Positions 53,201-64,000 of a DNA stretch of 64,000 nt are shown piece by piece (within the stretch, counting starts at the first letter, position 1; each line of letters opens with the position of its first letter). Below the pieces are notes generated by a model, which worked only from the letters and a program-made list of their open reading frames with translations, was not told the origin of the DNA and made no database searches. This DNA is from Octopus sinensis (taxonomy: Eukaryota): contig NC_043006.1 of NCBI RefSeq assembly GCF_006345805.1, forward strand, positions 99,200,001-99,264,000, in the 5' to 3' direction. The translations under genes and the position numbers were made by a program.

Positions 53201-53500
53201 ATAATGAAATACCTATTATAGTATATACATTTGCGGGGTCCACTTCTTGCCTAAAACTTCAACAGTTCATGACATCTTTCTTATACTTTACTTTGATGCA
53301 CAAATAAGGAATATGTGTCGATATCGTGAATTTTGTCGAATGAACTTGATGCCAAAAATATATATAATTTACTGGTCAAAATCATAATACAACGAAAGTA
53401 TATTTAATGGTATACGTGTTTTAATTGCTTTATGGCATTACCACGATACAAAATATATATTTAATTCTAGCAAACAATCTGAGTTAAGACCACTTTCCAA
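50210..53500 (-). pseudogene. Decayed LGR-like ectodomain (LDLa plus LRRs) containing a SINE
   Basis: QKCILDSSF...RSEEN just after a TTTTCTCTTTTCAG acceptor-like site (~51560), NLEGINDDNFLQIENIL (~51040), DVCFNYLEY, FKIVDLDFSNHI (~50630-50595). The upstream part is weakly supported. Confidence 0.45.
51790..51935 (+). mobile_element. Diverged family-A Nin/Deu SINE fragment
   Basis: CTCTTTCATCCTTTCAGGGACGATAAAATAAGTACCAC. Confidence 0.7.
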
Positions 53501-53699
53501 ATAAGTGCAGTTCAGGGAGTCATAGCTTTATCTACTACTTATTTCCCTTATATCTGATGTGTTAAGATTCATTTTATTCTGATGGTTGCATTAAAATATA
53601 CACAGGAGACATATGAAGCACAGTGATACTACTTAAAGATACGTTTGTTTCTCAACTATGAATCATTGTGAGTGAAACATTCTCGATTTGTCATAAATG

Positions 53700-53870
53700 T
53701 TTCTGCTCTAAGTACAAGGCCTAAATAAAATTTTTGGGGGAGAGATCAGGCGCTTGTATAAACCAGCACTCAACGGTTACTTATTTTATCGGACAACGAG
53801 AGCTCAAACGTAAAGTCAGCCACGTCGGAATTTGAATTCAGAACGTAAAGACAGACGATATACCTTTAAT
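53700..53870 (-). mobile_element. Diverged family-A SINE fragment
   Basis: GTTACTTATTTTATCG...CGGAATTTGAATTCAGAACG, the reverse complement of the family-A core. Confidence 0.65.
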
Positions 53871-53919
53871 CATTCCCTTCTGAACTTATTCAACTTAACA
53901 GCAAAAATAAACAAATAGA

Positions 53920-53954
<35 letters not shown>

Positions 53955-54299
53955 AAAAGGCACATTCATCAAATACAATCATTAAATGAATGTTTAGGAA
54001 AATAGAAATGAAAACGATTGTATATCGGCAAAAAGAAACATATATTCCACTTACATATGGCGAAAAATAAATAGGGTAGTAATATTTCCATATTTTTGTC
54101 ATATAAACTTATATGTATATATATTATTTCGCGCACGCGCATACATATTGATACACACGTGCTCACACACAGGCACATACTAACTGTGATCAAAGTCACA
54201 ACTAGCAAAACCATATGGAAGGCAAACATCAATAAGGCAGCCTTAAGGAACTATTTATTATCTTGAGCGTTAGAAAGGAAAGAGCAGATATCAGAGAAT

Positions 54300-54800
54300 C
54301 TGCTATGAGTGCTATAAAATAATTAACGATAAATTTAAAGAATTAATCAATTATTTCTCTAGGTAAAAACAAAAAAATAAGCATAGTTCGAGAATTGCGT
54401 GAGACATATTTTCATGAAAGAAGTTACTAGGGAAGAAATATATTCTTTCACAGAGCATGACAAGAACAAGCGAATGAGAATTCGCAGGAAAATGGGTATT
54501 AGTTAAAGTAAATTTCATTAAAGTTATAAGAGAAGAAATCTTGGCAGAAAACGAACGAAGGATATTTTGAATGCAGTTTAGGAAATAATATCTCAGTTTC
54601 GAGATGTAACGGCCAAAACAGAAATAAAAATTCTCTTTTTCCTTTTGTTCCTTTTTTATTCCTTTTGGAACACTGGATCTTGAAGCAAATAAATATGAAA
54701 ATAGCGTGTAAACATTCTTCAAACAGAAAAAAGATAGCCTGTGCGACACGAGCCTGTGAACATGTTTGCACGATTTTATTTATAGCTCATCTACTTCACG
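54300..54800 (-). pseudogene. LGR-type 7TM remnant (TM2-TM4)
   Basis: ORFs 54351-54749 and 54499-54771: CLKNVYTLFSYLFAS (TM2-like), SFVFCQ, SLVLVMLCERIYFFP (TM3/ERY-like). Confidence 0.48.
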
Positions 54801-55070
54801 ATCAAACGTTTTAAGAAGAATGACTTCATATTCTTTTCTCACTTGTACATACTCATGACAGCACTAAGAAAATTGTTTCTGTAGGAGTTAGGGGCGTGAA
54901 GATACACCTTCAAACACACTACCCTGAGTATGAGGACGTTCTTCAATGCAAGGGCGAATAGGTAACGTTTAATATTGAAGAATATAGTGTGATACATATT
55001 AACATTATGACAAACGCAATATAGTGAACACTCATAGGTGCTGATTTAGAAATAGATCATGAATACATAC

Positions 55071-55131
<61 letters not shown>

Positions 55132-56773
55132 GTATATATCTGTTAATACTTAAACACTCGAGCGTTCATCACATACACTCATATATATATATATACACAC
55201 ACACACGGTATGTACGCTTGTGGAAAAACATTTAGTAAAGTTGCACATATTTAATAACAATTTGACTCAGTTTCATAATTTTTCAACATTGTGGGTATAG
55301 AACCCGTCCGCTATGTCACATATTCTTTGAGGGAAATTGTTTTTCTCTGAACATCTATTCCACAGCCACAATTCTTCTCATTTTTCATCTTTCGACGTCG
55401 TGGCTGAATAACTAATCCCAAACAGTTCGATCAACATCCACATCCAAGCTTGATGCCTGAATTCGTCAAAATATTCATCGTTTCAATTGCTGAAAACGAA
55501 AATGTGGCTGATAAATTACCGTTCTGGTGATTTTCCCAAGTCACGAACTTGCATTTGTAACTTTATTCTGTTGATCTTTCCACGTTGAAGGTAGTCATCT
55601 CCTTTAAATTCTTTTAAAATTTTCTATAAAAGTTTAAGTAAAGTAGAACTGAATAGAGAACGTAACTGTTACGTAAGCTTAGAAGTTTCATACTTCATTT
55701 GTTCTTTTAAATGTCCATTAGGTTCTTAAATTCAGTCTTGAAAACCGATAAGAGAGTAACTACTTTTTTCTATAGTTCTGTACTATAAGCAATGATCTTT
55801 GTATAAAGGGAAACGATAACTACAAGAAGTGGAATGAGATAAGAGACTTGTGGCCCTATGCTTGAAAAAGCATATTAGGTTGAAAAATACTACATCATTA
55901 AATGTACCCCACACTGAGGCCAAAATTACTAATTCAAATTCCCTATACGAAAGGATGTTCAATTCACTGAAATCTTACAATCTCTACAAATGAGTGTGTC
56001 ATTACTACGAATTCAATCAATATCTGCAGTTTACAGCGCTACACTAGATTAATATATGACTATTAATATATATTTCGATGGATTACATTTCTAAAGAGAA
56101 GTCCTTCGTTCTCTATTATAACTTGGTTGAAAATATTATGATAATTGATAATGTCTACAACATTCATGAGCTTAATTTGGTTCCTAATATTAAATATTCA
56201 TATTGTGAGTTCTTGTTTATTCACATTGCCATCTGGTGGCATTTTTTGAGATACCTCTTAATTGCTATATTTATTGGAATATCTTTACTGACTCCAGGTA
56301 GAAAAGTTCTTCAGTTTTGTCATATATTCAAAACAAGACATCGCTATGTTGCAATATTTTTGAGGAAAGGGAGAGACAAAAACAAAACATTCGGTTCACG
56401 TCATCTGTTATTTTTTATTTCATATCTTCTAATTGTAATGCTGTCTCTCAGATATATTTAGGATTCATTCTGTCACGCGATAGAAAACACTTTAGGATTT
56501 AGTATTGCGTTAAAGATTTACATATCAAACTCATCGTACGCCCACTAACTATGTAAACATTTTGTTACATATCTATTTCCTTGGCAGTTTCTACTCAATA
56601 TAATGTTTCCTCTCTTTCTGAGCATGAATATTTAATTTGTATGGCTTTCGGCACAATCTACATATGTTCTTGTATACTTATATTGGCTTTATCTAAGAAG
56701 TCTACTAGACTGTTCACGAGCGTAAATGTGTGCATCTTGACTACGAAGGCATTAATATACGTGTGTATACCAG

Positions 56774-57190
56774 GGCGGCGAGCTGGAAGAAACGTTAGTA
56801 CACTGGGCGAAATGCTTAGTGGTATTTCGTCTGCAGCTACGTTCTGAGTTCAAATTCCGCCGAGGTTGACTTTGCCTTTCATCCTTTCGGGGTCATCCTT
56901 TCGGGGTCGATTAAAATAAGTACCAGTTACGCTCTGGGGTCGATATAATCGACTTAATCTGTTTGTCCCCTCTGTGTGTAGCCCCTTTTGGCAGTAAAGA
57001 AATAGGTATTTCTTCTGCCGTTACGTTCTGAGTTCAATTTTCGCTGTGGTCGACTTTCCCTTTCATCATTTTGGGGTCGATTAAATAGGTACCAATTACG
57101 CAGTAGGGATTGATGTAATCGTCTTAATTCCTTTGTCAGTCCTTCTTTGTCCTCTGTATGTTTTGCCCCTGTGGGCAATAAATAAATAAA
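56774..57190 (+). mobile_element. Head-to-tail dimer of family-A Nin/Deu SINEs
   Basis: Full unit ~56774-57005, then a 5'-truncated unit starting at GGTATTTC(T/G)TCTGC. Internal duplication of TCATCCTTTCGGGG in the first unit. Confidence 0.88.
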
Positions 57191-57374
57191 TATACGTATG
57201 TGTATATTTTAACTTTCGAGGGACAGTATATAAGCAAGATTAGCTTATAAATTATTAATTTCCAGGCAGGCAGTCACATGTAAGAAATGTTTGACACTCC
57301 ACTCTCCATTGAACACCACAGTATCACACATACAGTTGCTGTATTCCATTCTTTTATGTAAATATAGAGTGCAG

Positions 57375-57680
57375 AGTAAAGATCCCTTTCTCCCCTTCAG
57401 ATAGCAAGTAGATAGTCCCCTCCGAGGCACAAGTCCAGGCAAGGTTGTTTATGGAAGACCAGCAGTGGCACATACATACCAGCCTTCCCTTTCCACACCA
57501 CCAACATGTCATCCAAGGGAAAAGCAAAGGCCGACACAACTTCGCACTAGTGACGTCACAACTCATTCCTACAGCTGCGTGAACTGGAACAACGTGAAAT
57601 AAAGTGTCTTGCTCAAGACCACAAAACTAATTCACAGCTTCATGATAGTAAGCCCGACGCTTTAACCACTGAGCCATGTA
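57375..57680 (-). mobile_element. Family-C-type SINE with a different 3' tail
   Basis: Shares GTGAAATAAAGTGTCTTGCTCAAG with 38395-38725, but its distal part (CCGAGGCACAAGTCCAGGCAAGGTTGTTTATGGAAGACCAGCAG) is unrelated to that copy's tail. Confidence 0.75.
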
Positions 57681-57727
57681 CATTCAGAAGTAAATATAAT
57701 AGTATTAATAATTTCATTTACTCAAAA

Positions 57728-57842
57728 TATGTATATATATATATATATAATATATATATATATAATATATATATATATGTATATATAATATATATATATA
57801 TATTATATATATATGATATATATATATATATATATATATGAT

Positions 57843-57886
<44 letters not shown>

Positions 57887-57927
57887 ATATGTATATATAT
57901 ATATATATATATATATGCATACACAAC

Positions 57928-57961
<34 letters not shown>

Positions 57962-57962
57962 A
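57728..57962. repeat. Long interrupted (TA)n tract ending in (TG)n
   Basis: About 230 bp of near-pure alternating TA. Confidence 0.95.
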
Positions 57963-58190
57963 TTTGAGTCTGTGTTTCTCCCACCATCATCGCTTCGCAA
58001 GCGATGTCGGTGTGTCTCTGTCTCCGTAACTTAGCGGTTCGGTAAAGGAGACCGATAGAATAAGTACTAGGCTTACAAAGAATAAGTTGTGGAGTCGATT
58101 TCTTCGGCTAAACCTCTTTAAGTCGGTTCTCCGGCATGGCCGCAGTAAAATGACAGAAACATGAAAAAAAAAGAAACGAATAAAATAACA
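57950..58190 (+). mobile_element. Family-B SINE 3' half
   Basis: TAACTTAGCGGTTCGGTAAAGGAGACCGATAGAATAAGTACTAGGCTTACAAAGAATAAG...GCATGGCCGCAG. Confidence 0.85.
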
Positions 58191-58207
58191 TATATATATA
58201 TATATAT

Positions 58208-58238
<31 letters not shown>

Positions 58239-58893
58239 AATCAATATAGGGTAGCAAAAATTCAATAGAATTTTTTTCGCCACCAGTGGTCTAGTGAGAG
58301 AGAGAAAATAGTCAGAGACTATATATATAAATTCAACAACAATTGAGGAACGGCCTCAAATAGGCCGTTCGACCCACTAGAAAGAGCAGCCAGGACTCAA
58401 TCTGCCAGGTAGTAGTAATTCAGAAATTAAAGGAAAATTAAAAAAACATTTACCCTATTCATCTTTAGACAATGCATTGTTTCGATGTTTTTAATGGCAA
58501 ACCAGCCTAATTAAATTTAATTAAATTTAATTAAGTCGATCTACCAAAGGCGACATCTCATCGGTAAAGAAGCCAGGAGAGACAGACATACACGCGGCAG
58601 TAGTTTCTATGCCCCGGGAATGTCTGCCCTAAAATTTTCAAAAACTACCGTAATCGCGCCAAACTTATCAACAGCAAATATAAACTGCTGATTCAATTTC
58701 AGAATTAGTCCAAAAATCATCAATTAATCAATACAGGGTAGCAAAAATTCAATAGAAATGAGTGCTCAACATAACATTGGTGGATAGCAAACTTTTACTT
58801 CTTGTACATTAAACCATAAAAAAGGTGTGTGTGCGTGTATGTGTAACTATGTATTATGTATATATGTAAGTTTTTATTTATGTATATATATAT

Positions 58894-58924
<31 letters not shown>

Positions 58925-59380
58925 CATATATATACATATATAAAGTAACAAACTGAGGAAAATAAATCTTTCAAAGGAGTGTGTTAAACATTGAATTCAC
59001 TGGTACTTCAGTTGGATACCATATAAATATTGGAATAATTCAGTAGTAAAGGTAAATTAAATATAGAGATATTCTATTGATAATCAAATAATTTATATAT
59101 AATATTTATGAATATAATATATAACATAACGTAATATTTTATATATCGTAAAAATTTAACATATATATATATATTGTAAATTCTTTTACAATCCAGCTGT
59201 TCTTTTACACAGAATTTTGTCTTTTCTGAATCAAATACCTGAAGTGACTCTCTCTCTCGCTATATATATATATATATAATGGAATTGTGATCATGTATAT
59301 CGAAAATATATATACATATATATAAGTCGAAACAATCTGTAGGACTTTTATGTTTTTTATAATTATATATATATATATAT

Positions 59381-60330
59381 AACAATTTAATAAATAAAAC
59401 ATATGCATGCATACATATATCTACATACCTACATCTATATGTATATATACATGCATATATGAGTACAGGACACCACAAATAAACGTAGAACACAACGAGA
59501 AACAAAAACATAACATCAAACATGGAAATGGGCTTTTTTTAACAACGACAAAAAAACAGAGTAGAAGACAAACAATACAAGGAATATTCCCCTGCAGCAG
59601 GTTCCCCTGTTTCGACACAATGCGTGTTTCGAAGGTAAGGGCAGAACACGATCCGGTCGAAGCAGTCCTTCCTGCAAAATGAATTAAATAACATTCTTTT
59701 TCAGAGGGGTAAAAAGTGACAAGAACAGGACGTAGAAGCAATACAAATGAAGAAAAAAACAACACAAATAAAGAATAAAAACAGGACAAGGAAACCAACA
59801 ATAACGGCTTTTTTTTCAGCCTAGACGGTGGAAAATTTCGTTAGAACGAATTCTGAAGATCGGCTTGCGGAAGACAGAAGAAACCGATGTTGACTTGTTG
59901 AAAGCAGTGTGCAGAAAGAAAGTTAGTAGCCCTCCGGTCAGCGGCCAGAGAGAGATGAGGAGGAGTGAGAGGAGAGAGAGGAGGAGGAGCGGTGAGAGAG
60001 AGGGAGAGAGGAAAAGAAACCAGAAAGGGTGAAAAATAAGAAGGAGAGAGACAGATAGAGAGGAAGACAGACAGGCCGGGAAGAAAGGTCAAGTAAAGAG
60101 TTAAGAGTGCGCGTCATAATTATTGAAATATAAACTTACTTGGAGGAGAAGAAACGACGTGTTGTGTTCAATCATATAATAACAATTTAATAAATAAAAT
60201 ATGCATACATACATATATGTACATTCCTACATCTATATGTATATATGCATGCGTATATGAGTACAGGACACCACAAATAAACATAGAACACAACGAGAAA
60301 CGAAAACATAAAATCAAACAAGGAAACGGT
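59381..60330. repeat. ~150-bp direct repeats 800 bp apart (59381-59532, 60181-60330) flanking a purine-rich interior
   Basis: Both copies read AACAATTTAATAAATAAAA...TATGAGTACAGGACACCACAAATAAAC(G/A)TAGAACACAACGAGAAAC. Confidence 0.9.
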
Positions 60331-60409
60331 CGTCGTTTTTCCTCCAAGTAAGCTTTTATTTATATATATATATATATAGTTACAGATGCTTAGCATAGTA
60401 GTTTGTTTC

Positions 60410-60700
60410 TACTGAAATATATATATTGTTGCCGGTATTCAGTGCAAGATTGTGTATGCAATACATTGTATTTTACTTCAGACTAAGAAGTTGGCCTACT
60501 TTTTAGATGCTGTGTTTCTGATCATATAGTAGCATATGGGAACCTGGCTTGTATGGGCATATCATTTCCCATTACCTTCGTCTAGTAAGCTAAAACTGTT
60601 TGCTAATCACTGCCAGATAACATCAGTCCGTCCACAACTGTTCTGTTGCCTTGACTGCACAGTGTCTAACGACGTATATTTATATTTCAATGTATTTACA
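60410..60700 (-). pseudogene. LGR-type TM2-ECL1 remnant
   Basis: VVDGLM/(frameshift)YLAVIS followed by WEMICPYKPG, resembling ADxLMGxYLxxIA...WxxSxxC. Confidence 0.48.
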
Positions 60701-61040
60701 GTTTCTACATGATGGGAAAATTGTACTATGAAATGTTATGCTTCTTTGTTCAACTCTCTCTACATCTCATTCATTTACTCTCATACTCTGTGCCGCCATC
60801 TCATTATTATATAGTTTTCATTTTTCCTATTTTTTCCTATTTGTCTCTTATAACGGAATATCCCATAATCGGGGGTTTCTATGAAATAGCCGTAAGAAAT
60901 TTGAATTTTTCTCCAATAATAATAATGTATACGACTTGAGATATTTGACTTACCTTAATGTTTGTTGTCCTCTTTAACAATTATATGTTCACATATATAC
61001 ATACATACATACAAAGTATATATATATATATATTATATAT

Positions 61041-61095
<55 letters not shown>

Positions 61096-61153
61096 TCAAT
61101 AAATAGTGGGGATGTGTTGACCGCACGTGGATATTATATATACTTATATATAT

Positions 61154-61187
<34 letters not shown>

Positions 61188-61189
61188 AT

Positions 61190-61562
61190 TGTCAACGGCC
61201 ATCCAATAAATGTCTTAAGGCTGTATCATGCGCGGGGACAGAAATAATCGGATTAAATACCCGATCACGCAGTTAAACCATTGGGAGTGAAGGACACCTA
61301 GCCTTTGCTGGGGCATCCTTCTAGGAGAAGGTTACTCAGGTAACTGGGATAACTCCGACATAAAACTGCGACTCAGTGGTTACCGATGACGTTGACTTTT
61401 CCTACTTTTCGGATTATGGCTGCTATTGCTTAGTGAGTGGGATTGACTCAGTGCACAGCCTATCATCACTTTTAAAAATTCTTCTTGCACAGGTATTGCA
61501 TGATAACAACATTGATTAAGCTTCGTGCAATGGCCATACTCGATAACGAGTCGGCAGCCACC
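61190..61562 (+). mobile_element. Possible RTE 5'-UTR-derived fragment between (TA)n tracts
   Basis: GC-richer, structured island containing CTTCTAGGAGAAGG...ATAACTCCGACATAAAAC, similar to a motif I recall from RTE 5' UTRs. No ORF. Confidence 0.4.
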
Positions 61563-61569
61563 ATGTATG

Positions 61570-61610
<41 letters not shown>

Positions 61611-61649
61611 TTACTTATACGTATTGTATATACATATATAAAATGTTTC

Positions 61650-64000
61650 TACGCAGTCTTTTGATTCTATATTATGTTAGTTTATAACTTTAAAAAATTG
61701 CATTCATTTTTCATTTCTGAAATAATTAATTTACGCATGATAACGGACGTAGAAATCAATCATGATTTGTGTATCAAAAACAATTACATTTTGTGACAAA
61801 GTAATTACATTGTCATATTTATCTTCATTACGTCTTTTATTACATGCACGAGACAATCGTATATCCGAGAATATATTTATAATTAAAACAGATAATAGTT
61901 GACATTAAGTGATTTCCTTTAACTAATTACATTATCGTTGCGATATTGCTATGTCTCAATGCGAAATCTCGAAATTAGAAGTTATACAACTTTGACATTT
62001 CGTCTTTCCATAAAATGTATCTTTCCTTGAAACAAGGAATTAATGAAGGGTGTCTGTTAAATTGTGTTCCAGTCTGTGGTATTTAGACTCATGTAACGTG
62101 TTTAATTGACTGTCTTAGCGATACATACGGTTTAGTAGCGAACATAATCCACAAAGTGGATGGAGATTTGCAATATAAATCTTGTATATGGCCCAATTTG
62201 TTAAAAAACGCAAGATAATTTTTTATTAGGTTACACAATATTTCTTGCGAAGATTTATTTAAATTACATAATGTAATTCTGTGAATGAAGTTCAAGAAGA
62301 ATGAATTGATGAAGTTTGCAGCACTCTTAATCGTATGTTAGCCAATAAAGGCGGACATGAAAATAATCGAAATAAAAATAATATTCATATCATGTATTTT
62401 CATACATAGAAATACAGTTATAAATGGCTTAAATACAAAATAACAATGTTCCTTGAACAGCGTCAAATATTGTTCAGAAAGCAAAATACTAAAAAAGTAT
62501 GGGACTGAATAACTGCTAGGAAGATGGCAATGTTTCATCGTTTGCTGTGTGCCTACAACTTCCTTAGTTTATGGAATTTCATTAATTTTGATAGCTTTTA
62601 ACATGTAAACTGAAGGTGTGTGTAAGAGATTTCATGAAACTAAAATAAAATACAGATAAGTAAAAATTGTTACAGAGTTCTTTTTGACTAGATACAAACA
62701 TAATTCCCAGAACCTAGACGTATTTATGTGGGGATATTTATGATGATAGTGAACACAAATGCAGAATTTATGCAGATACAGACTAGTACACCTATAAAAT
62801 ATCGTTATTCTCTCCTCAAGAATTTCTGCCAATTCATTACCTAGAGAATTCTAAAAATACTTCATTGCCAAATAGTATTTGTTTTCCGTTATTGATCCTG
62901 TATTTTCATGCAATATATTTCGAACTTTCATTGAAGAAATAATCTTATCGGCATGAGGCAAGTTCCGGAACACATACTTCAAGAAGAAGAAAATACTAAA
63001 TATAGATCAGTTGAACTTTCTGGATTACGTTTCTAAAGATATCGAGCCGTGTAATACCTGAGAGACTTACCTAACATACTCATGCTTCCTAACACTCTTC
63101 TTTGTAATTTCTATATGATTAAATATTCAACATCTATTCACATCATAGGTGAACAGCATATAATTTTGAAACAATTTTGATACACGCAGATAATTATAGA
63201 TACACAATCAGAAACACATATATTTTTCTATGCATATATATGTATGTGATTGTGTGTGTGAGTGTGCGTGTATGTATGTATACATGCATGTGTGTTTGTG
63301 TGTGTGAGCGAGTGCGTGAGTTGTTGCGTGAGTTTATCACTTGATGCTGGTTAGAATTTCTTGCCAACGCCGTTGTTCTCGTCCGTTGCAATAAGTTTCC
63401 ATTAGTTCAGCTCCACGTTAACTTTAATGTTCCTGTTTTTCTTTAGGCGGTGGGTTGTCTCAGTTGTAGCACAAAATATTGAAGCAGGAGAATGTTTTCA
63501 ACTCTCACTTGATCTTTGAAATTTTTCAGATTACTTTAATATCAGTATTGTCTTAGAGGGGTCTTGAAACTCTACACAATAAATGGAAGAATATTATAGA
63601 AAATGGAGGAGAATATATTTTGAGAAATAAGAAGTATAAAAAAAAACGCATTATTTATGGGATGACTCAATATATATTCTCGTGCTGTGTTGCTAACGTA
63701 TCGCAGTGAGATGTGTAAATTCTATAATAATATGCATTGCTCCTGTCTTCTAGTACTTTCTAGACTATTGAGGAACTTTGTGTATGACTAAGAATTTGTA
63801 TCCTTGTGTATAGTGTGTTTGTATGTTTGCATTCCTGCTTGAACTATGATTTTGTTTTCATTAAAATGTTGTAACTGATGTTTTGAAAAGACTACATTTA
63901 GTATTTACTACTTCATGTATTGTTAAGTCAGCTTTATACGTGACTGGTATACAACTGAAGTAGATGAGCAGCTGTAACAATAGTAGTGTAAGTATTTGTG
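61650..64000 (-). pseudogene. Most complete decayed type-C LGR (GRL101/RXFP-like) copy: LDLa, LRR, hinge, TM1-TM6
   Basis: EQCILL..HCDT (LDLa, ~63740), GITRLDIFRNVIQKV (63058), VFRNLP, LGNELAEIL, LYLHKFCIC (hinge), NIAIFLAVIQS (TM3), IIFISIIFMSAFIG (TM4), INIFSDIRLSR..VITLSQNVIVFDT (ICL3-TM6, 61880-61770), collinear. Confidence 0.65.

Noticed and set aside
55515-55620. Cadherin-like LQMQVRDLGKSP motif (possible protocadherin remnant)
   Set aside because: Single short motif with no DRE or DxNDN motifs nearby; the neighbouring frame fits the LGR-associated VTWE segment instead.
56078-56461. Plus-strand 127-aa hydrophobic ORF (similarly 25939-26295 and 4269-4532)
   Set aside because: No recognisable motifs; they are probably antisense shadows in AT-rich decayed coding DNA.

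Overview
AT-rich, microsatellite-saturated eukaryotic DNA. The tRNA-derived SINE families and repeat landscape suggest a cephalopod, probably Octopus (inference). I find no intact host gene. The only long intact ORF is the 3' end of a CR1-group LINE (1-1125). Most of the ORF track is microsatellite artefact. Recognisable mobile DNA: Penelope-like elements (PLEs), R4/Dong-like and RTE LINE remnants, several mariner/maT elements, a Chapaev3-like transposon, a probable non-autonomous Helitron, two foldback elements, and many Nin/Deu-domain and CORE-like SINEs. Two systems are hidden from the ORF track. (1) Much of the apparently unique DNA between repeats translates by hand, with many stops and frameshifts, into LDLa, LRR and class-A 7TM motifs. 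These motifs match type-C LGR (GRL101/RXFP-like) receptors. All lie on the minus strand, with about seven separate TM segments, which suggests a decayed, apparently intron-poor tandem receptor array. (2) At least three different minimal type-I hammerhead ribozyme motifs, plus degenerate ones, sit in PLE-type cassettes next to (TA)n tracts. All protein assignments come from manual translation and motif recall, not database searches. Boundaries are approximate unless TIRs or TSDs are quoted.
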